In this document: piece by piece, positions 1-11,800 of the stretch | Position numbering within the stretch: position 1 is the stretch's first letter | Layout: the number at the start of each line of letters is the position of its first letter | Made by a program: the position numbers and the translations under genes | Assembly: GCA_044892525.1 (NCBI GenBank) | Contig: CM097888.1 | Location: 89,032,001-89,096,000 of the forward strand | Reading direction: 5' to 3' | DNA length: 64,000 nt | Source: Schmidtea polychroa | Taxonomy: Eukaryota | Notes under the pieces: generated by a model | Databases searched by the model: none | Seen by the model: only the letters and a program-made list of their open reading frames with translations | What the model was told of the DNA's origin: nothing

Positions 1-433
1 TAATGATATAAAAAATAATATAAATAATAAATTTACCGATTAATTTGTCAAATTGTACAAAAGACGGAATAAATGAACTGTTTTTGTATCAATATACGTC
101 ACGGTTGGCTGATACGAAATAGAGTAAAGGCGGGTAAGGTTGCCGATTACGCATAAATAATTGCGGCCTATATTGAGTGGGGTGTCCCTGAGTTGGTGAA
201 GTCAAATGGAAAAGTATAGCTAATTTATTGATCATAAATTAGCCAATTGAAATTAATTTCACAATTACCTGAGGAATTATTTCGCCAGTGGCACAATGAT
301 ATTGGCACATGAGGAATATTTACAATTTTATCAACTGATCTTTTAGGCAGCCTTGGGAAATAATATCACATACCTCCTAATGACTCTTGTTTCACTCCTG
401 CATTTTCTCAATGTCCAATGATGCATGCCGCTT

Positions 434-601
434 NNNNNNNNNNNNNNNNNNNNNNNNNNNNNNNNNNNNNNNNNNNNNNNNNNNNNNNNNNNNNNNNNNN
501 NNNNNNNNNNNNNNNNNNNNNNNNNNNNNNNNNNNNNNNNNNNNNNNNNNNNNNNNNNNNNNNNNNNNNNNNNNNNNNNNNNNNNNNNNNNNNNNNNNNN
601 N
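434..601. other. Assembly gap (N-run)
   Basis: Run of N. Confidence 1.
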
Positions 602-1903
602 TACAAATAAGATAAAAGTGCAAATTTGTAGATTTATTCAATTGCGCATATGTATAAACATGAAACGGTAAAGTATTATTTACAAGAAACAATAGCACTA
701 TTTATTCCATATAAAAATCTATTTATACAAAAACTGATAATAATCGTAATAATACTTAATTAAATTTTAATTGCTGTCATTTTCTACTATCGAACGCATT
801 TGCTTACTAAAGGATTTCCTACGTCACTTTCATTGCGTAAAATATTTCCCACATAATTTATGCACTAGTGTTGCAAGATATTTCGCAATAATAATAGGAA
901 CCCTTTAACATTTTATTTTCCTCTTTTCAATCAAATATTAATAACAAACTTTTGACGGGCCCCAGCTAAACGAATCCTTAAGTTTATAATGTATCCCTAT
1001 TCTTCCTTTCCGTGAATTACTTTACTCATTTGAAATTACGCATATTTTTCAATTGTTGGTGAAATTTATTTCAGTTTTTTATCTAGTGTTTTCTTTAGGG
1101 AAAATTGTAAAAGAAAAATAGATATTTCTTCCTAAACATTAAAGAGCATTTTTACAAGTGATTTCATTAGACCAAAAGGAACTTTCCGTCTTTAACCTCA
1201 ATACGATTCTTGTGGACATAAAAAACGTCATGTTTGATCAAGAATGCGTCCAAGCTGTCAATTAAAAATATTCTCTGCTACTCCTAGTGAATAGCATTGT
1301 GTAAGACGAATTAATGGAAAAGGTCTTGTATAGTTAAAAAACCTTTGGAAAACTTAGACATTTTCAAAGTATATTCAGCAACTAAGTGTTCCATAAAATT
1401 GCATATCCCATTGAAAGCAAAAGAAAAGATATTCGTTCCTATGAATGACATTAAACCTGTGAGATGTGAATATTATAATTTAGAAATTGTTAAAAATAAA
1501 TTTTTGAGATTATAAAATTTCGATTTTATTTATTATTTTTGAATTTAATATTAACCTCTTAAGTGGCTATGACGGATATATACGTCATCAACTAAATTGA
1601 TTTATATTGACAAAATATTTGTTAAAAATATATCATAAATATTACTTTTGTTAACATATTATCTTAATAAATATCATCCAATAAGATATTATTTTATTTT
1701 TTGTAACACTACCAAGACGAAAATAAACGAAATAAATACAATTTCTATAAAAATTTACACAGTCGATGCTTTTGATATATATTTAAATACCATTATGAAG
1801 TAATTTTGTTTTATTGTTGTTTAAATAATCGTGTTGTGTAAAAAATAAAACTTTGGAATTAAATCGAGTTATTATTTAATTTAGTTATGATCATAGACGA
1901 AAA

Positions 1904-2062
1904 TGATTGCAGTGTGATTGCAGTGTTATTGCAGTGTTATTGCAGTGTTATTGCAGTGTTATTGTAGTGTTTTTGCAGTGTTTTTGAGGTGTTTTTGCAG
2001 TGTGATTGCAGTGTGCTTGCAGTGTGATTGCAGTGTGATTGCAAAGTTATTGCAGTATTGCA
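1904..2062. repeat. 11-bp minisatellite (T[GT][AT]TTGCAGTG), about 14 units
   Basis: Direct tandem units read from the sequence. Confidence 0.95.
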
Positions 2063-2667
2063 ACTAAGAAAACAAAATATATACAGCCTCATCCAAACAC
2101 CACAAATTGACTGTTTGATGAGAATCAAAATGCAAATTAATGTTCAAGGCGAATTTGATTGAAGTTATTGGCAAACAAAATTGGGTGTCAAAAACTATAA
2201 ATTTTGAATGAAAATCTTTCATCTAAAATATAAATTATTTTCAACAAAATGATCAAAGATTTATTTTTTATTCATTTTAATCGAAAGTTCACCAAACTGG
2301 AGCAATAAAAGGTTAGGAGGAACTTTAATTGGAATTAAAATTAAACTTCATCAAAATTGTTAACTATTGTGAAATTTTTATTTATTTATTTCTTTTTTAT
2401 CTTCGTAGTTTTTGTATTTGAGAAAAGTTTAGCGCGCATTTTTTTATCCACTCAGATTTTGAAATAAGGTGCTTTCTTTGCCCATTGGTCAGTAGTTTCA
2501 CTCACTGCTTGTCCCAGATGATAATTAGGATATTTAACTCCAAGTAGGCTATATATATATATATTTGAAGCAGCTTCCTTAAAATCAAATATTTTGAATT
2601 ATTTGGGTTGCTATTTAATTATAATCTCAATTTTTATTGATTTATCAAAAATTGTTGAATGATTCAG

Positions 2668-5600
2668 GTCGTGTGGGAACACCACATTTCATGGCTCCAG
2701 AGGTCGTTAGACGAGAACCATATGGAAAACCCGTGGATGCTTGGGGCTGCGGGGTTTTGTTATTCATTCTTTTAAGTGGATCTTTGCCATTTTATGGCAC
2801 TCAGGAGACCTTATTCGCTCAAATAGTAATGGGTCGATATCATGTATTAATCAAACATGCCATTCTATCCGTGACATTTCATGTATCTTTAGATGAAATC
2901 TCAAGTTTGGAACATGATCAGCACAGAGGCTCGAGATCTTGTTTTACGCTTACTCGATCTCGACCCTGATAAACGGCTAACAATCGAAGAGGCCCTCAGA
3001 CATCCTTGGATCGCTCAGAAAGCCCGAGCACCAAAAACTCATTTGCATGAAACTGTTGAAGAATTAAAAAAATTTAATTCTCGCAGAAAATTAAAAGTAA
3101 TAATAATAATATAATTCAAATAAATAACTATGTAAGTCATAATCCACAATATTTATTTATAAAATGAATTATTATAAGAACTTTTTTTTCCAATTTCGCC
3201 ACTGATTATTTTTTCCATTGAATTTATTAAAAGAGAGAGCTTGAAGACTATAAATCAGTAATATATCGATGTTTTTTGATACCCACGAATTTTCGGCTCT
3301 CTTTTTAATGAATAAAATGCATTATATTGATATACAGGGGTAATAAAAATTTTCCGTACATTAGATTTATTAAAATCCGCTGTAATAAATAAAAGTTTTA
3401 TTATTTAATTGAGCAATATGATATTAGTGTGTTTGTTTAAATATACAATTTTAGTATAAAGTTAAGTAGGTTTTTTTAATTTCATAAATTTGCTTATAAT
3501 AAAATAACATTTTCCCATACAGATTCAACTTTAGCACGAATATATATATAAAAATTGTTAGCTGTTTTATACATATTATATATGTTTGATTGTATTATCT
3601 TAAATAGCTTGATATAACATTAAGAAAGTATATTTATGAGGATTATGAAGGTGGTATGTCATACGGAGGTATTTCAAATAAATACAATATTGCAAGATCA
3701 TCCGTACAATATATTATCCAAAATTGGACAAAAATAAAAAGGAAAAGACGACCAAAGCCAAATATTTCAAAAAATGAAGTAAGGCATATGGAAACAGAGT
3801 TAGAACACTCTTTTCAGTTTAATGAGAAATGCATTGCTCGAGATTTAAAGCAGAAATTAAATATTCTGACTTCTATCAACAGTTCATAGAACTTTGAGGT
3901 ACAAAGAAAATTTTATCTAAATAAAAAGGTCAAAGAAAAGAGAGTCAAGCAATGGTTAATAAATGGAATTAACTGGCATAATGTCGTATTTTCAGACGAA
4001 AAGATATTTACCTTGAATGGTTGTGATAGTTATAAATGTTGGATAGAAAAAGAAAGATATCCAAAAAGAATAAAGAAAGTATTAAAATCTTCTGGTCTTA
4101 TGGTTTGGGAAATGGTCTTTGCAAACGGATAAGTGTCTTATAATATCATGAAAGGTCCTCAATCAACATTGAAATATATAGAAATTCTTAAAAAATTTGC
4201 AATTCCATTAATTAAACTTAATTTTGAAAATGAAATGACTTTTCAACAGGACAACTCCCCAATTAATGTGTCTAAAGAGTCTATAAAATTTATCCAAAGT
4301 AGAAGTATCAATTGTTTGTCATGGCCACCGTACAGTCCTGATTTAAACTTCATCGAAAATATTTGGTATCTTTTATCAATTATGGAGTTAAATGATCGTA
4401 TCAGATGCGCCGTACATGAATTTAATGAAGAAAATAAAGAAGTCGTCAAGAATTTAGACTGGTTTCAGTAATTGTTAAAAGAGGAGAACGCATAAACTAT
4501 TAAATGTACGGAAAAAATTGATTTTATATAAATATGCATTATTGTATCGTATTTGATTATTAAATACGTTTGCCTCATTAGAGAGATAAAACTATGGAAG
4601 TCTTATTTTTAAACATTTTTTATATGTACAGAAAAATATGATTATCCCTATATTTTAATAAATAATTCCATTATCGACAAATTTATTTTAAAATAGTAAT
4701 AATAAAATAAACAGTACAAGCTTTGTGATACCCAGTACAAATCCCAATAGTAGACTAGTTTCGAGCTTTTGACTTTCACCAGTAATATGCCAGGTAAGTA
4801 TACAATATTGCTGATTCAGCTTTGTTGCATACTTTCCCTGGTACACTGAAATAATAATAATAATAAATATAATTGTGCTTCCTTAGGGTGTCGTTTTGGC
4901 TGCCGTTTCAAGCATGAAATGGTCAGCTTTTTATGGAGATCCTGCTGTCAATAATCACGATGATTCAATTGATATGGAAGATGGAGAATTGAGTTCGGCG
5001 GGTTGTTTTTGATGGGGAAATTGCATTAATTTATTGAATTGTTGTTAATTTCAGGTGCAGTAAGTGCAATTCTCGATAGCTTGGAGGAAATGCAATGCCT
5101 TACAGAATGCACAGAGCAAGACATTGATTTCCTCCACACGGTTTTCGAAGATCAACAACTCCATGCATTATTGGAGGTGAAGTTTGATTATTTTCTTGGA
5201 TGCTTTATTTGAACATAAAAATTGAAAATTATTGATTTTGTTCAGATCTATGATTTCATAAACAGCCAAAATATCAGCACCTCCGGCAGGATCCCAGACG
5301 ATTCCACCCTCAGAGCCAAAAAAGTATTAGATATGAAACATGTTTACAATGGTTATAATTGGTTATGATTGTCAGGTACTTGAGGAATTGAATATGGTAT
5401 CATATAATGAGTTTTTGCGAGAAGCTGAGGAATTGAAATTTATTATTTCATCTCCGCATTTTATGGTTGGGCACAATTATTGGTACTGTGTTAAAAATTA
5501 TTGACTTCCTGTAGGCCTTGCTCAATGCCCATGATGTGACTGCACATGACATCTATGGAGATGGTGCTATCAGAGTTACTCCTCCTCCAATGTCATCTTT

Positions 5601-8600
5601 TCTTAATGGTGACGGCGAGGATAGTCCCGAACCCGAATTGGAGCCAAATGTGACACGAGTTAGACTTGTTCAATTCCAAAAGAATACCGATGAACCAATG
5701 GTAAATCTATTGGGTTAATTATTAATTTTTGGGAAATAATTACCATCCCGAATATGAGATACAAAATCCTGACATTATTCAAAGCTGCTAAACGTCTTAT
5801 TCCCGGTTTCATATTTGACAATGACTACTCTGTATACAGCCAGGAGTTTCAAAAATCACCTTAAATTAAAACTAATTAAAATAAATTATATTAATAAAAA
5901 TAAATATTTAAATTTTGTACATTAAAATCAATTAAAAATATTTGTGATCAATAACTGCATTAATGTCAAAATTATAATTGTCTCAGTTGTTTGAATATTA
6001 GAAAACAAATTAAGTGGATTTGAAATGATCAAAGAATTGCTCGTCATTTTAAGAAATAAATTCCGAATGATACAAGAATTAATCCATTGTAAGGAATGAC
6101 AATTAGTAATAAGGATTTGCATTAATATATTAACATCATAATTGACGAGACCGAGAAAGTTTCTATTACGGTTTTTATGATTCCAGGTGAAACATTTCTT
6201 CAAATTAAATTAATAAAAATGACTATTTAAATGTTGTACATTTAATATTGAAATCAATTAATGATATTCGTGATCAATAACTGCATTAATGTCAAAATTA
6301 TAAATGTCTCAGTTGTTTGAATATTAGAAAACAAATTGATTGGATTTGAAATTTTGAAAAAACATTTAGATAATAATGCAGTTTTCACCCCACACATCAT
6401 TAGCCATAGGTCTTTATGATTAATATCATGGACAGTCTTCATTATTATTCATCAAAGAAAAATGTCATTTTTTCCCATTTCTATCCTTAAGAAATTGTTT
6501 ATAATATTAATTTATTTTTTATATTTTAATTAACGGTGGGAATGTCTAACATATTTTATTAACAATAACTTACTCTGAAAACAGGCTGATTGGCCTTCCT
6601 TTGAACTGATGAGTTAATACTTGGAATTTTTTGAAATGATTCCAGGAACCTTCGGAATGGCTTTGGAATTGGGATAATCCAGCTGGTTGATTATTGCCAA
6701 TGAAATCTAATTGTTTATTGAACCTTGAGGTCAAATGTAAGATAAATAATGATGGACAACAACTCAAGTGTAGCGTCATTTTATACATTTATTATTATTA
6801 TTAATATTGGGTATATATAATTTATATATAATTAATATTGGGTACCTAGGGTATCACATTGAAAATGAATGATGAAGGCAAATGTATAGTTGCGCGTATT
6901 ATGCACGGTGGCATGATCCATAGACAAGGTAGACCAATTATATGTGAAAATATTGTGAATATTGTGTTGTACAATTAGGAACTTTGCATGTGGGCGATGA
7001 AATTCGTGAGATCAACTCTGAGTCTGTCGTTGGGCGAACAATCGAATATTTGCAAAAATTACTGGTAAATTCTTTTTTTCATTCTTAATTGTATGAATAG
7101 ACAGTAAAGCCCCATTATAAAGTACATCTCACCTAAAGGTACCAAAAAAATGAAAATGACCTTTATACATCGCTTTAAAATACATAATTTTATTTATATC
7201 ATTTAAAAAATATTAATTAACTCAATAAAAAGAATATCAATATATTTATTTTAAATAGAGCAATATTTAATCAAGCATTAATTATATTGAATAATTGTTA
7301 TTTATATTTTATGAGCATTAATTATATTAAGGTACATTTTTTTATTATGCGTGCATTATTAATTTGTAACAACACCCAAGACAACACAGCTTCTAATACA
7401 AAACACTCAAAACAAACTCGAGAACACTGAACTGACGGATACAATTGGACAAAGTCAAACAATGAAGTGATTTTAATACCAGATACTGATGTAGAAACTA
7501 TAAAATATTATGTACCATCAGGCGAAACTGTTAAAATCTCAGATATAGATATACTTTCAAGACCTTCCGAGCTACATAATTCGGGATTTAGTGTGTCTCC
7601 CTACTAAACAATGGAGAAATATGGAAGACAGGTACTTGTACCTGTCCTGCATTTTTAAAGCACTACATTTGCAATCAAGTGGTTGGTATGGCGATCAGAT
7701 TAAAGTATTGCAAACCACCACCAGAGGCAAAAAAATGTCGATATTGGAACAAAGTTGAAGAGAGGAAGACCTTCGAAAACTAAAAAGATTTACTAAGACA
7801 ATGACAATTTTTTAAATGATGATCTGTGATTTTTTTCAATTTCAAAATAGTGACGATATTTAAATTGATATATTGTTTAAATATTCAGATTTAAAAAAAA
7901 ATATTTATGAAAATAGCGTGTTAGTTTTAATGATTTTTAATGAAAATTTTACTAAAATAATATTAAATAATAGTCTTTTATATCTATTGCTTTTTCATAA
8001 ATTGATTAATGTATTTTTTTCATTTAAATTAATCTAGTCCTTTAAATAAATTAATGCTCAAAAATAATTTCTATAATGCTCAATCAATATATGATTAATG
8101 CTCAATATATTATTAATGTTCAATCAATATATTATTTATTAAAAGCTTCTAACACATCTTCTAAATTATTTTTTAAATCCGGTTCAAAAGTTAACGTCAT
8201 AATTCCAAGTATTTATTTGATGAAATATTGTATAATTTCTAAACGAATTTTCAGCGTTGAATAAAATATTTTAAAAATCATTTATTAAAATTTCGATATT
8301 TAAAATATATTTATTTAAAAATGATTTACTAATAAAAGCTTTTTTAATTTAAAAATTTTAAAAATTTCAATTCAAAAAATTCAATTTAAAAATGCTTTTA
8401 AAAGTTATTTTAAATAGTCAATTATTTATTATTTAAAATTATTTCAATTAATCATTGAAATATTTAATTCTCAGATGAAAACACCTCACATTATTAATGC
8501 TCAATCAATATATTATTAATGCTCAATCAATATATTATTAATGTTCATTCAATATATTATTAATGCTCAATCAATATATTATTTACGCTCAATCAATATA

Positions 8601-11600
8601 TTATTTATGCTCAATTAATATATTATTTATGCTCAATCAATATATTATTAATACTCATTTAATATATTATTAATCAAGCTTATCACGAATATTCTGCCAT
8701 TTAGTATTACTAGTGTAATTTAGAAAAACGCCAGAGGCAGTGTTACATTGAAAATAGTGCCGAGCTATAGGCATAATCCGATGCAATGTGAGGTGAGACT
8801 AGTGGCACCCATATCAATTGCAATTTATTGTTCCATATTGATATAGATATATGTCAAAGCGATGTTTGAGTATAATCCAGAAGATGACGATTTGATCCCA
8901 TGCTCGCAAGCCGGGGTAAAGTTCAAAATCGGCGACATCCTTCAAATCATCAGTAAAGACGATCATAATTGGTGGCAGGTTCATTTTCAAATATTTGAAA
9001 AATTGATATATACAAACGTAATTCATTGCTGAATTTAGGCCCGTCTGTGGTCTGCAGTCATTAACAACACAGCGGGACTCATTCCAAGTCCGGAACTGCA
9101 GGAATGGCGATCGGCAAGTCTGGCAATCGAAAGAAGCAAACAAGAGACTGCAAACTGCGCTTGGTTTGGCAAAAAGAAACGGCAAAGCAAAGATAAATAT
9201 CGTGCCAAACATTCCGGTGTATTTGATCAACTGGATTTGGTGACTTACGAAGAAGTTGTCCGGCTGCCAGTTTTCAAAAGGAAAACGCTGGTTTTACTCG
9301 GGGCTCATGGAGTCGGACGGAGGCATATAAAAAACTGTTTGATTCAGAGCGCTCCTGACAGATTTGCTNNNNNNNNNNNNNNNNNNNNNNNNNNNNNNNN
9401 NNNNNNNNNNNNNNNNNNNNNNNNNNNNNNNNNNNNNNNNNNNNNNNNNNNNNNNNNNNNNNNNNNNNNNNNNNNNNNNNNNNNNNNNNNNNNNNNNNNN
9501 NNNNNNNNNNNNNNNNNNNNNNNNCCCTTTTGTCATTATTTATTATTCTTTAGGAAATTTAATTTGAAAACTTTTATTTATTTATATTTATTTATATTTA
9601 TTGAAATTCAGGAAAATTATATAAAATTTCTCTCAATATTTTTAGCAACTGCTCATTGGATAAATTTCAATTGTTGATTTTTAAATAATATCGATTCGAT
9701 TTCAGTGAATTGATTGATAAATATTGATCCAAATATTAATTGTGCATGTATTTGATCGATTATTGATGATAGAATTGGCACTTGTTTCTGATTCGTTGCA
9801 CATATTGCTTGAAGCGGTTATCATTGGCAGGATATCACATGATCCGCACGCATCACTTTCTGTCGGTCTGTGGGATAGAATTATTTTTCTTTAATGTCCT
9901 ATATAAATTTAACTTTTTAATTAATAATATCGTTTTGTTTTAATGCATCATTTTCTTTTTTTTACCATGGAAGTATCTGAAGGGATTGGTTGATAGATAT
10001 TAGATCTGATCATTTCTCATCATTTGAACTGGCACAATATTGACTGTAATTATTGATAGCATATTTATTTAAATATTCATTTTTATATAGATTATTATTA
10101 TAAGATCAAAATCATTTGAAAAGGCAGTGCTGAAAATTCGTGAATATACAAAAAACATCGATATATTACTGATTCATAGTAAAGCTTTTTAATAAATACA
10201 ATGCCAATTGAAAAGAAATCAGTGGTGAAAATTGAAAAAAGATCTTATAATATTATTATTAGAAAACGCTTCTCAAACATATTTTTATATTTACTTCGAC
10301 ATATAATATAGGAAAAACTATAAATATTATAGATTTTTTAAACTAATTACAAAATTAATATTAATTATCAATTGATAAATTAAAAATAAAATTATTTAAC
10401 TTAATAAATCAACCATTCAATACATTTGAAAACAAAAACAAAAACTATTAAAAATATAATTCAAAACGCAAATTTTCACAGCATTTTGTGCATTAATTTC
10501 CAGATCCAATCATTTTTATCAAGAATGCTTCGCAAATTACACGATTAAAATCTGATATGCTTATTTTTCTCATACAGCTCTTATTGTGCTCACTAATATT
10601 GGTCGATGCCTTCATCCGACAATGATCAAAGACTCAACATACAGAGATGACGGCCAGTCTCGCCAATGTGTGTGGCATTACAACCATTACATGTAAAATT
10701 GATATCAGAACACAATCCAATCGGAGTTTTAATAATAAATTAATAAACATATTGCGTACTTTACATAAATTTTACAATCTGTAAAACCTTCCTAGTACGA
10801 CAATACCAATACAAATTATTAATGTTATTTACCTCATCATTCCATTTGCACATGCTATCCAAATAACACGCAAAAAATCTAGTTTAGAAAATAGCTTCTT
10901 TCAAATTTAAGAAATCCGTAGTTTATAAACAGGATGTGGAGAAAGTCATCGATTGTGTTTTTGAACATGCTAATTCAGTGCAAGGATAAACATTATGAGA
11001 CTTATAGAAAACCAACTAATACTGGTATTTATACTTCTCCTGAAAAGTTTTGTGAATTTAAGTATAATGGAAATATGGTGAAGGGATTGATTTATTGTTC
11101 ATGGTCCTTATCTTTTACTTTTGTAAATTCAGTTAAAAGTGTTAATAAGGACTATTCAAAATCATTTTATTAATGATGATAAAAGAGACTGTTGATAAAT
11201 TTATTAAAAAACTTAAGAATCCATGTTTGGGAATCGATGGATATAATTTGACTTGTAGGGATGAGATATGGTGGATGGTGAGATAAATAAATTTAATAGT
11301 GAGTATAAGGATGATGAGCTTCAATTTGTGTTGGATCTCGTTTTTCAATTTACATGTAATGGGTATGATGTCATCTATGTACTCAATTTCTTGAACATGG
11401 CCGAAGAAATCGATCGATAAATATTAATAAACACACTAAAAGTTGTATGAGTACAATAAGAATGTTTGATTTTAAAATATTTAAAATTTTTAATAATTAT
11501 TGGGAACCTGCGATATATTAGGTGTTGTTGATAAGCAAGAAATGCCTGAGAATATTTTAAAACAGTTTCAATGGTAAATAAAGTACATGTAGATTGTTGT

Positions 11601-11761
11601 TTTCGTTTTCAGATGTATTAAATGGTTAAATTGCTATGTTAAATAATTTAGTATTTAATTTATAGATTAATTATTAAAATTAATTCGATTATCAATTATT
11701 AATATATTAAAAATAAAATTATTTTGTGATGAATTAAATTTCATTTTTTTTTAAATTTAAA

Positions 11762-11800
<39 letters not shown>

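Noticed and set aside
1937-2128. 63-aa ORF
   Set aside because: Translation of the 11-bp minisatellite.
8814-9230. 138-aa minus-strand ORF
   Set aside because: Antisense shadow of CASK SH3/HOOK exons.
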